Below are positions 7,880-15,738 of a DNA stretch of 51,819 nt, one piece after another. The DNA is from a phage, in NCBI GenBank assembly GCA_020279385.1, contig GCA_020279385.1_4133.1. One strand, 5' to 3'. A program made the translations under genes and the position numbers. The notes beneath the pieces were generated by a model that saw nothing but the letters and a program-made list of their open reading frames with translations, was not told the DNA's origin and made no database searches. The first letter of the stretch is position 1. Each line of letters starts with the position of its first letter.

Positions 7880-8065
7880 ATGAAAACGAAATTAGTCCAT
7901 AAATCAGAAATCAAGATTGGCGATACCGTGATTCACAACGGCGAGCTTAGAACGGTTGGCAAAGAGTCAATAAGCCACGATGAATTTATGGGGATCTTGT
8001 TGTTCGGTGACTCTTATCGTCTTGGTTACAAGATGGTTGAGCTTGTGGAAGAGGTAAAATTCTAA
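7880..8065 (+). CDS. Hypothetical protein (61 aa)
   Basis: ORF with ATG start. Confidence 0.5.
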   Translation: MKTKLVHKSEIKIGDTVIHNGELRTVGKESISHDEFMGILLFGDSYRLGYKMVELVEEVKF

Positions 8066-8085
8066 ATAGCACTTTTTGTTAAAAC
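8064..8085 (+). promoter_or_regulatory. Conserved intergenic element copy
   Basis: aaatagcactttttgttaaaac containing the stop of 7880-8065. Confidence 0.55.
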
Positions 8086-8163
8086 TCGAAAACTATAACC
8101 AGGCATAATAAATCACATAGGGCGGCACGTCGTCGCCCACAAAACCAATCAGGAGAAAGCACC

Positions 8164-9057
8164 ATGTTAAAACTTGCTGACATTAAATTCCCGATCACCT
8201 TCGAATCTCGCGGCATTGGTCATTACATTTTTACTGATGAAAAAACATGCCATAAAGTTGATTTGCATAGCTACAAGCGTGCTCCATCAGGCATGGAGAT
8301 TGAACACTTCATTGATGCACATAACAAGCACTACAGCGCACTTAAAGACTATGGCTATGCAATGCCAGGCTACACATGTTTGCACTACAAGCCATATAAG
8401 GGCCAGGTGTTACCAGTGCGATCACCGGAACGCGCAGAGATTCCGATGGTCAATATGAAAACCTGCGACTACAAAAAGCTGTGGTGCTTAAGTCTGGACA
8501 ATATCAAGTATCCGATCACGTTCCACACGACTGGCAAGTCAACGATTCGCTACACATCGCGCGACAATGGCGTTTATAGCAATGGTCAGAAATCAGGGTT
8601 TAAGGTGGATTCCTTTGTTAATGGTCATAATAAATACAATCCGCACAATGAAAAAGATAAGATTTACTATGTGGAAGACATTACAAAACACTTGTTTGGA
8701 GAAACTCCATTCGGCGGCGGGAAGACGGCAGTTCAGAAAATCATTGGCGAGGAGATCCACAAAGCGGCTGCCGAAATGAAAGCGCCTGGAGGCTGGCGTA
8801 TTGATAAGAGCGCCTTTGCAAATCAAGAAATCGTAACGCAGGGCGCGATTGAAGATATGCCAGTTGCAGCCACGCTAAAAGGAGTCCGGCTTGATGATGG
8901 TGTGTGGTTTGAAGTAACGGCTACACCAAAGACGATCGAGATTCATGATGACGTTGTTATTCTTCTGCTTCACCACGGCGGCTATAAAAACCGGACGGTT
9001 GCAGGTGAGATCAGCATCAAGCGCGGAACGATGGTTAAGTGGAAGGTCAAAGTGTAA
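8164..9057 (+). CDS. Hypothetical protein (297 aa) with internal duplication
   Basis: AGGAGAAAG RBS; repeated segment LADIKFPITFESRG / LDNIKYPITFHTTG. Confidence 0.6.
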   Translation: MLKLADIKFPITFESRGIGHYIFTDEKTCHKVDLHSYKRAPSGMEIEHFIDAHNKHYSALKDYGYAMPGYTCLHYKPYKGQVLPVRSPERAEIPMVNMKTCDYKKLWCLSLDNIKYPITFHTTGKSTIRYTSRDNGVYSNGQKSGFKVDSFVNGHNKYNPHNEKDKIYYVEDITKHLFGETPFGGGKTAVQKIIGEEIHKAAAEMKAPGGWRIDKSAFANQEIVTQGAIEDMPVAATLKGVRLDDGVWFEVTATPKTIEIHDDVVILLLHHGGYKNRTVAGEISIKRGTMVKWKVKV

Positions 9058-9078
9058 ATAGCACGAATTGTTAAAACT
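9057..9078 (+). promoter_or_regulatory. Conserved intergenic element copy (variant aaatagcacgaattgttaaaac)
   Basis: Followed by hairpin gtggggccat..atggccccac with TATAAT in the loop. Confidence 0.55.
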
Positions 9079-9130
9079 CAAATGTGGGGCCATGTATAAT
9101 GGCCCCACTTTCAACGAAGGAGATAAAACG

Positions 9131-9349
9131 ATGTACATTAGCAAGAAGATGAAATGTGTTTCCGTTAACTATGCTTGCTCTGGCATGTTCAAGCCTGGCG
9201 AAATCTATACGGCGCAAAAACTGAAATCATCAACCGGATCTTTTTACGTGCCCAATAGTAAGGGGCATCGCATGTTCCTGAACGGCGGCGAAGGCACTAA
9301 GGTTATGGCACACGCTATGGTAATGGCTGAATTTGAGGAGGTTAAATAA
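9131..9349 (+). CDS. Hypothetical protein (72 aa)
   Basis: Internal ATG with AAGGAG RBS. Confidence 0.5.
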   Translation: MYISKKMKCVSVNYACSGMFKPGEIYTAQKLKSSTGSFYVPNSKGHRMFLNGGEGTKVMAHAMVMAEFEEVK

Positions 9350-9762
9350 TGGATGACTGCATGCCGTTTCCTGGATATAGAAATAAAGATGGTTACGGTC
9401 AGGTTTGCATAAATGGTGTAGTTGTTGGTGCTCACAGGTTAGCATATTGCAGAGCTAACAACCTTTCACTTAATGATATACGTGGAATGGTTGTAAGGCA
9501 TAGGTGTGATAATCCGCCGTGCTGCAATCCTGATCATTTGGAGATAGGGACGCAAAGGGATAACGTTATTGATTGCATAAAGCGAGGAAGGTTTAAAAGT
9601 AATGCTGGTGTTAATAATCCAAGAGCAAAATTGAATTACGACACAGCAGAAGAGATTCGCAAAGAGTACGCTAGCGGCGTAGTGTCTATGGGGGCGCTAG
9701 CTGAGAAATACATGGTTGGTAAAAGCACAATAAAAAGAGTTATTGACCGGAGCATTTGGTGA
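9349..9762 (+). CDS. HNH endonuclease
   Basis: HRCDNPPCCNPDHLEIGTQRDN motif. Confidence 0.7.
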   Translation: MDDCMPFPGYRNKDGYGQVCINGVVVGAHRLAYCRANNLSLNDIRGMVVRHRCDNPPCCNPDHLEIGTQRDNVIDCIKRGRFKSNAGVNNPRAKLNYDTAEEIRKEYASGVVSMGALAEKYMVGKSTIKRVIDRSIW

Positions 9763-10472
9763 TGAAAATTTATACATTTGAACTATGGGGCAATAAGTAC
9801 GAATTTACGACAAGCAAGCCTATTGTTGTGTGCGATCTCGACGGCACACTATCGGACGGATCGCATCGTTTGCATTTGCTGCCAACTGAAAACTTGCACC
9901 TTACGGAATCGTGGAGCGAATTTAACAGGGCCGCCGCCGGAGATTCACCGATTAAAAGCACGATCGCGGTTATTAACGGTTTATGGGTGTCGGGATTTGC
10001 CATCGTCATCTTGACCGGACGCAGCGACGAGGTTCGCTATGAAACCTGCAAATGGTTGAATGAGAACGGCGTGAAGTTTGACGAAATCATCATGCGCCGC
10101 CAGGAGGACAACCGAAAGGATACGGTTATTAAAGAAGAAGCCTTGCGCGCTATTGGCCTGGACAACATTGTTTGCGCCTTTGACGATTCGCCGAACGTGG
10201 TTAAGCACTTCCGCAGCTTGGGGATCACAACCTATCAGGTCACGGAATACGACAAGCCACGCGCTCACATACAATCTCACGGCGTGGAATCAATAAAGAT
10301 CACGAAGCGCGCCCGATTCGTCGGCAGCAAAGACAGCCTGGTCAATGCCAGCTTTATCAAAGGCAAGGTTTATGATGTTCATAGCCATGATAAAAACCGA
10401 TTCTTTTTGTGGGATGAAAAAGGTTTTGGCTGGTGCTTTAAGCATGACGACGGCGATTTTGTTAATGCGTAA
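9762..10472 (+). CDS. HAD-superfamily phosphatase (polynucleotide 3'-phosphatase-like) with extra C-terminal domain
   Basis: DxDGT motif (VVCDLDGTLSD); start overlaps HNH stop (TGATG). Confidence 0.6.
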   Translation: MKIYTFELWGNKYEFTTSKPIVVCDLDGTLSDGSHRLHLLPTENLHLTESWSEFNRAAAGDSPIKSTIAVINGLWVSGFAIVILTGRSDEVRYETCKWLNENGVKFDEIIMRRQEDNRKDTVIKEEALRAIGLDNIVCAFDDSPNVVKHFRSLGITTYQVTEYDKPRAHIQSHGVESIKITKRARFVGSKDSLVNASFIKGKVYDVHSHDKNRFFLWDEKGFGWCFKHDDGDFVNA

Positions 10473-10491
10473 TAGCACTTTTTGTTAAAAC
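10470..10491 (+). promoter_or_regulatory. Conserved intergenic element copy
   Basis: taatagcactttttgttaaaac then hairpin gggcttgcgttatagtaagccc. Confidence 0.55.
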
Positions 10492-10546
10492 ATCTCAACG
10501 GGCTTGCGTTATAGTAAGCCCATCAACAACAAACGAGGATTAAATC

Positions 10547-10810
10547 ATGGCTAACAAGATCGAGTTTTTTAAAGCGGTAGACATTATTGATGGCGCGCCT
10601 AGCTTCTTTGCCATCCATTCCATTGACGGCAAGGATATTGGGTACAACGTTATCCGTCGAGATGGAATCTCAAAACTTAGCGATCTGGTAGGGCGTATTG
10701 TGTCAAACGGGAAATGCGCATGGCCGGATTCGCCACGAGAGCCACGCCGCCGCGACATGGTAGATCCTGTTCTGCTTTACACCCTGGTAGTAGAAGGAGA
10801 AAATAAATGA
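10547..10810 (+). CDS. Hypothetical protein (87 aa)
   Basis: ORF with GAGGAT RBS. Confidence 0.5.
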   Translation: MANKIEFFKAVDIIDGAPSFFAIHSIDGKDIGYNVIRRDGISKLSDLVGRIVSNGKCAWPDSPREPRRRDMVDPVLLYTLVVEGENK

Positions 10811-10992
10811 TTTGGTTACTTGCTTTTTTGGTTGTTTTTCTTTACATTTCAGGCTTGTTTACGTTCCGCGCGTTGGTGAAATATTATGACGCGACATACA
10901 AAGACGATAAAATCGTTCTCGCTTTCTGGTTTGTTTGGGTGTGGTTAGCAATTTACGAGATCATCAGAGACAAACAGAAATTTGAGTGGTGA
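10807..10992 (+). CDS. Small membrane protein (61 aa)
   Basis: Two hydrophobic segments; ATGA overlap with upstream gene. Confidence 0.45.
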   Translation: MIWLLAFLVVFLYISGLFTFRALVKYYDATYKDDKIVLAFWFVWVWLAIYEIIRDKQKFEW

Positions 10993-11048
10993 TTCTTGCT
11001 ATGGCGCATTCATGCAGTGCGCCATGTTGAGAAAACCTAAAGGGGGAA

Positions 11049-11201
11049 ATGATGCGTAACTTTGAAAAAATCATTACCAAAAAGAAGCGTCGCGGGTACG
11101 ATGAGCATGTGGAGCTTGTGAAAAAGCAACGCAAGAAGCGCAACGAAGACAAGAAGCGCGGGAAAAAATTTAATGCGATTTTTCGCTATGGAGATCATTA
11201 A
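11049..11201 (+). CDS. Small basic protein (50 aa)
   Basis: Sub-threshold ORF MMRNFEKIITKKKRRGYDEH... with AAAGGGGGA RBS. Confidence 0.35.
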   Translation: MMRNFEKIITKKKRRGYDEHVELVKKQRKKRNEDKKRGKKFNAIFRYGDH

Positions 11202-11203
11202 TC

Positions 11204-11794
11204 ATGAAACGAGACATTATCATCCTTAATGGGCCGCCAGGTTGCGGGAAGGACACTATTGCAGCTTACCTAACGGGCCATCGTTACCCAGCGGTCAAGG
11301 CGTCATTCAAACAGCCGATGTTCGATATTGCTTTTTCTATGCTGGGCGTGTACCGATACGATGAATTTATGGACCTGTACAACGACCGAGAGCAAAAAGA
11401 AAAGCCTCAAGTTATCTTGGGCGGCAAGTCACCTCGACAATTCATGATCTGGATTAGCGAGGATGTAATGAAGCCAGTTTTTGGGGAACACTATTTCGGG
11501 CGTCGAATGGTTGAAGAGATTCACGAGATGTACCGAGATTTGGCGGTTGTGATCAGTGATGGCGGATTCCCCGAAGAAATCAAGCCGCTGGTTAAGGCAG
11601 GGCATGAAGTGCATATTTGCCGATTGCATCGCGACGGCTTCACGTTTGCTGGCGATTCGAGAGACTACATTGACCTGAGCGGTTATCACTATCGAATCCA
11701 TCACTATGATTTCCACTTGCAGGACGGTAAGCCGGAACTGGCTGTAAACGAGATCGTCAATGCTGTCAAATGGAAGCACACACAGATTAAATAG
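11204..11794 (+). CDS. P-loop nucleotide kinase (dNMP kinase-like)
   Basis: Walker A ILNGPPGCGKDT near N-terminus, similar in layout to phage deoxynucleotide monophosphate kinases. Confidence 0.6.
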   Translation: MKRDIIILNGPPGCGKDTIAAYLTGHRYPAVKASFKQPMFDIAFSMLGVYRYDEFMDLYNDREQKEKPQVILGGKSPRQFMIWISEDVMKPVFGEHYFGRRMVEEIHEMYRDLAVVISDGGFPEEIKPLVKAGHEVHICRLHRDGFTFAGDSRDYIDLSGYHYRIHHYDFHLQDGKPELAVNEIVNAVKWKHTQIK

Positions 11795-11809
11795 CACGAA
11801 TTGCTAAAC
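11788..11809 (+). promoter_or_regulatory. Conserved intergenic element copy (variant)
   Basis: taaatagcacgaattgctaaac followed by GC-rich segment and TATAAT. Confidence 0.5.
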
Positions 11810-11864
11810 GCGGGGCGCAATGCCTCGCTATAATGCAAACACCAATCAACGAGAGGAAATCACA

Positions 11865-12245
11865 ATGGTTAACATCAGAAAAATCCGCGTCGGCACTAAA
11901 TTCTTAGTTACTTACGCAATTCCAGATAGCGGAATGAAGAAGGGCCAGATTGTTAAGGTTGATAGCAAAAGATTCGGAATCCCTGGTATCAATGGCTATC
12001 TAATCAATAGAGATCTTGGATTCGACGGCTTCGCTATCCGTGCGCTTGAGGGTATTGTTGCCACTCTTAAACGAATCACTAATCATCGCGGCTGCCCAAT
12101 CAAGACGATTAAAGCGCCAATAAATTACGGCAAACTGGATAATCGTCGAATCCGCCGCCTGGCGCGTAACGCGTTAAAATTCCGTGGCGTAGGCGATGAT
12201 TTCTACTATGGATACAAGAGGATTGCGCGCAATGCTGGGAAATAA
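11865..12245 (+). CDS. Hypothetical protein (126 aa)
   Basis: Internal ATG with GAGAGGAAA RBS. Confidence 0.5.
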   Translation: MVNIRKIRVGTKFLVTYAIPDSGMKKGQIVKVDSKRFGIPGINGYLINRDLGFDGFAIRALEGIVATLKRITNHRGCPIKTIKAPINYGKLDNRRIRRLARNALKFRGVGDDFYYGYKRIARNAGK

Positions 12246-12344
12246 CAATAACGCAACGAATCCTAAGCCACCTTTTGATTTTCATTCCGCAATGATTGCG
12301 GTATTATCAATGCTACTTTTTCTTTATAGCATGAGGGCGCTACT

Positions 12345-12593
12345 ATGGTTTTTAACGCATTGAAACGACTGTTTAAGCCGGAATACCGGATCGTATTTTG
12401 CCGCGACTGTTCTACTTATCATGTGCAGCGACGCAGCTTAGGCGGCAATTGGCACTATGTTACAGATGACTTTTTCGGCATCATTGCCACTGAATTTAAG
12501 TATTACAGTGATGCCTATATGTACGTCAAGAAGCGCCACCGCTTACGCAAGTGTCGTTTTTCCGTGCTGATTCACGTTAATGATTGTTACTGA
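12345..12593 (+). CDS. Hypothetical protein (82 aa)
   Basis: ORF; Cys/His-containing. Confidence 0.45.
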   Translation: MVFNALKRLFKPEYRIVFCRDCSTYHVQRRSLGGNWHYVTDDFFGIIATEFKYYSDAYMYVKKRHRLRKCRFSVLIHVNDCY

Positions 12594-12600
12594 GGTGAAA

Positions 12601-12783
12601 ATGAAAACTGGTATTATTATTCTTTTCCTGATCCTTTTCGGTAGCCATTTAACCATTAACTATGAGGGCATTATGGCCTTTTGGGGCAACTTGATGGTTT
12701 TTGCCGCTGGTTCAATTACTGGCTACTCTGACGGGAAAAAGGACGGTGTTCGCAAGATGCTGATGGGACTTAAACAAAAATAA
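12601..12783 (+). CDS. Small membrane protein (60 aa)
   Basis: ATG with GAGGTG RBS; hydrophobic N-terminus. Confidence 0.4.
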   Translation: MKTGIIILFLILFGSHLTINYEGIMAFWGNLMVFAAGSITGYSDGKKDGVRKMLMGLKQK

Positions 12784-12794
12784 GGGGATCTGAA

Positions 12795-13085
12795 ATGGCA
12801 AACAAAACTTACCGCAAACTACTAGTTAACGCTTTTGAAAACATTGCGCAGTGTAACAAGTGGAACGACTCTAAACACTCGCCAGTCACAATGAAGCGCG
12901 CCGGATTCAAAAATGCTCGTTCATGGGCGCGAGCTTTCGCAGCTTGCTATATGCCGGATGGTGGACTAGGAGCGATGAACGATTTTTTGATCAACATGAT
13001 AGAGGAAGCTGCGCGAGAGGATCGACCGCTGACACAGCGAGATTTTGACGACTTCGCGCGCGATGAGCTTTACTATCTGAGCTAA
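12795..13085 (+). CDS. Hypothetical protein (96 aa)
   Basis: ORF with AGGGGA RBS. Confidence 0.5.
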   Translation: MANKTYRKLLVNAFENIAQCNKWNDSKHSPVTMKRAGFKNARSWARAFAACYMPDGGLGAMNDFLINMIEEAAREDRPLTQRDFDDFARDELYYLS

Positions 13086-13104
13086 TAGCACTTTTTGTTA
13101 AAAC
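13083..13104 (+). promoter_or_regulatory. Conserved intergenic element copy
   Basis: taatagcactttttgttaaaac then hairpin agggcatttgataaagtgccct. Confidence 0.55.
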
Positions 13105-13160
13105 TTCCGAAAGGGCATTTGATAAAGTGCCCTTATTGAAGCGAAACAGAGGAAAGCGCA

Positions 13161-13373
13161 ATGAAAATCAAAATCACCAAAATCGACACCATCAACGGCG
13201 ACGGATCAATCACTCTTGAGCAATGCGGTTTGGTTGTTGGTGATGTGCTGGAGGTTGACGGTCATTTCAGCGACGGATCTTATTGTGTTATTGCGCCGCG
13301 TAACAGTGAGTTTATCAAGGCTGGCGATAATATTAGTGTTAACCATGACGAATGCGAGGTAGTAGAAGAATGA
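13161..13373 (+). CDS. Hypothetical protein (70 aa)
   Basis: ORF with GAGGAAAG RBS. Confidence 0.5.
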   Translation: MKIKITKIDTINGDGSITLEQCGLVVGDVLEVDGHFSDGSYCVIAPRNSEFIKAGDNISVNHDECEVVEE

Positions 13374-13633
13374 TCACGATTAACCTGTCAGAGCAGCAAG
13401 CGCGCATTATGTTAGCGGCCTTTGGCTGGCGAGATGATGACGGCATCCAGGCAACGGTTAAAATTCCTGAGCCAGTTGCGCGTGAAGTTTTCATCCAGCT
13501 AGAACACGCATTTGATCCTGCTGGGACTGAGCAAGCGGAAACTGCCGCTTGGTTCGGAGAGAACGGATACAGAGATCAGCAAGTCGAAAACTGGAAGCGC
13601 ATAAACGAGACTATGGAGGAATCAGGTTTATGA
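13370..13633 (+). CDS. Hypothetical protein (87 aa)
   Basis: ATGA-coupled start. Confidence 0.5.
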   Translation: MITINLSEQQARIMLAAFGWRDDDGIQATVKIPEPVAREVFIQLEHAFDPAGTEQAETAAWFGENGYRDQQVENWKRINETMEESGL

Positions 13634-13944
13634 TTTACATTCACTACTACCAAATCGGAACTAACGAGAACAAAAAAGAGCATCGTTTCATCCACGATGA
13701 TTTGGACAAGGCAAAGGCCCAGCAACAGGTTTTAGGCGGCGTCATTCAGGCTTTTGAGCCTGTGGAAGATATTGAGTACCGCGAGCATTTAAAAGATGTT
13801 GTTATTGATGAGATCTCTTGCTTGATTGATGATATGACAAATCACGGCCCTGGTTCCCCGTGGGAAGATGCAGGATCTGTAACGTGGGATAAGGCCAAAG
13901 TTAAGACGCTAAACAACTTTCGAGAGATTCTCGACGGTTTTTAA
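13630..13944 (+). CDS. Hypothetical protein (104 aa)
   Basis: ATGA-coupled start. Confidence 0.5.
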   Translation: MIYIHYYQIGTNENKKEHRFIHDDLDKAKAQQQVLGGVIQAFEPVEDIEYREHLKDVVIDEISCLIDDMTNHGPGSPWEDAGSVTWDKAKVKTLNNFREILDGF

Positions 13945-14014
13945 TTAAAAACTCATAGCCGTTAGAGCGCCTCAATCGCATTCTAACGAGCTATTTTTCT
14001 GGTAAGGTGATTTA

Positions 14015-14143
14015 ATGGATGAGTACAAACAACCTTCGCAGTGGTGCAAAGAGAAGCAAGAAGAGGCACTGGAGCGCGGAGATGTGGAAGAGGCTATGAA
14101 CTATTTCAAACTTGCGGAAGAATGGAAGGGGAGAGGATACTGA
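14015..14143 (+). CDS. Small hypothetical protein (42 aa)
   Basis: Sub-threshold ORF MDEYKQPSQWCKEK... coupled to the next gene. Confidence 0.35.
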   Translation: MDEYKQPSQWCKEKQEEALERGDVEEAMNYFKLAEEWKGRGY

Positions 14144-14373
14144 TGTTCGGCATGAATGAGGCGCAATTCAACGCAGCTAAACGCCAGGCTAAAAAGTGCG
14201 GCGAGGCGATGAAAGCGGATGTGGAAAAGCGCGGGAAGTATGTTGATGAAGTAATGAAGGGCATCATTGCAGAACACTACCAGCCAATCGCGCCAATGTT
14301 GACGATCACTCAATTCATTTGGCTATGTGGTTACTTGCGTGGACGTTGGGGGAACGCTTTCGACAGGGAGTGA
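14143..14373 (+). CDS. Hypothetical protein (76 aa)
   Basis: Internal ATG with GGAAGGGGAGAGGA RBS. Confidence 0.5.
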   Translation: MFGMNEAQFNAAKRQAKKCGEAMKADVEKRGKYVDEVMKGIIAEHYQPIAPMLTITQFIWLCGYLRGRWGNAFDRE

Positions 14374-14402
14374 TTGACAACTCTTTCCTGATTGGTTAGC
14401 AT
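14374..14402 (+). promoter_or_regulatory. Sigma70-like promoter ahead of a structured leader
   Basis: TTGACA, 17-nt spacer, TAGCAT; downstream hairpins and T-run at 14463-14522. Confidence 0.45.
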
Positions 14403-14535
14403 GGCGTCGTTTACATAAGAGCGGCTTAGTCCGAACGCGTGACGCGATAGTCACACAACAACGGCGATATGCAGGAGGTTTTTGCAATGCAAAATAATCC
14501 GTAAGACGTATCGCCTTTTTTAATGGAGATCCAAA

Positions 14536-14769
14536 ATGATTAAATACAAATTAACCGTTTCTTTCCGTGATACCGTTATTCATCCTTTCTACAATAGCTT
14601 TGTTAACAGCTTTACAGTAGAAGCTACAGAGGATCAGTTAGACGGTGACGAAACTTGCATTTCTATCGGTAATGTTGCTTACCCGATTCACAACATTACC
14701 AGCATTAAGCGTGAGGTTGTCGCTGATGAATTACAAAGTGAAGATGACGATCCGGCGAATGGGGCGTAA
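14536..14769 (+). CDS. Hypothetical protein (77 aa)
   Basis: ORF with GGAG RBS. Confidence 0.5.
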   Translation: MIKYKLTVSFRDTVIHPFYNSFVNSFTVEATEDQLDGDETCISIGNVAYPIHNITSIKREVVADELQSEDDDPANGA

Positions 14770-14907
14770 TTGCCAATCATGCAAACAGGAATATGAATGC
14801 GTAGTTGATGCTCTTGATGAACTGGAAGCAGTAGCAAAAGCAAAAGAGCAATCAGGCGCTAATCCTGAAACACATCAATTTTCAATTAACCTTGTGAGGG
14901 CTTTACA

Positions 14908-15132
14908 ATGATCGCATTATCTTTCTGCATTGGTTTTATCATGGCTATCATTATCTTTTCCGTTGTCATGCGCTTTGCTTATAAGTTCGTGATTAATAAA
15001 GGTTGGTACGCTTCTGCAATCTGGAGCGAAAAACAAAAGAAATGGCTTGTACGTGGTCAATACCTGATGATCGGTAGCAAGATCCTAAATTCCATTCGAG
15101 CCAAAGATGGGAAAGTAAAATATACAGCTTAA
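14908..15132 (+). CDS. Small membrane protein (74 aa)
   Basis: Hydrophobic N-terminal helix. Confidence 0.45.
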   Translation: MIALSFCIGFIMAIIIFSVVMRFAYKFVINKGWYASAIWSEKQKKWLVRGQYLMIGSKILNSIRAKDGKVKYTA

Positions 15133-15138
15133 AAATCA

Positions 15139-15162
15139 CCCGCCGCACGGCGGGTTTTTTAT
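15139..15162 (+). terminator. Rho-independent terminator
   Basis: cccgccgcacggcggg hairpin plus T-run. Confidence 0.6.
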
Positions 15163-15210
15163 TGCCCGTTGTTTGGTATAATCAGGCATCTAACAAAAGG
15201 AGGATTAACA

Positions 15211-15738
15211 ATGGCTAAAAATGTTGAGCCTGCTGTAAAGGCATTAAATTTCAAAGAGTTATACAATAAAACTTATGGAGATATTGTTACACTAAACAAC
15301 CGCCACAAGTACACGCCGGAACAGGTTTTTGATATGGCGATCCGCTATTTCACTTGGGCCGAAGAGAATCACATCCAGGCGACTGAAACTGCTTCCTTTC
15401 AGGGTGACGTGTACGAGAGCAGAGTTTACAAGCCTCGCGTTTTCACGGTTAACGGATTCAGCTTGTATCTCGGCGTGACTGAGGCCGCCGTAAGCAAATG
15501 GCGTAAAGAGCCTGGATTCTGCGATGTGATGGAGTTTGTTGATAAGGTAATTTACGAGCAAAAATTCCAGCTTGCGGCAAACAACATGATTAACGCTGGA
15601 TTCATCGGTAAAGAGATCGGAGTAGAGAAGCCAGCGACAGTGAGCGTTGAAGCGAGCGCGGCAGCTAATGCAAGCATTGACGCAGTAACTGCCGATGAGG
15701 TGAAAGAGGCTGTGATTGATATTCTGGAGCAACTTTAA
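15211..15738 (+). CDS. terS: Terminase small subunit (putative)
   Basis: Internal ATG with AAGGAGG RBS; immediately precedes and overlaps terminase large subunit; HTH-like segment. Confidence 0.55.
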   Translation: MAKNVEPAVKALNFKELYNKTYGDIVTLNNRHKYTPEQVFDMAIRYFTWAEENHIQATETASFQGDVYESRVYKPRVFTVNGFSLYLGVTEAAVSKWRKEPGFCDVMEFVDKVIYEQKFQLAANNMINAGFIGKEIGVEKPATVSVEASAAANASIDAVTADEVKEAVIDILEQL

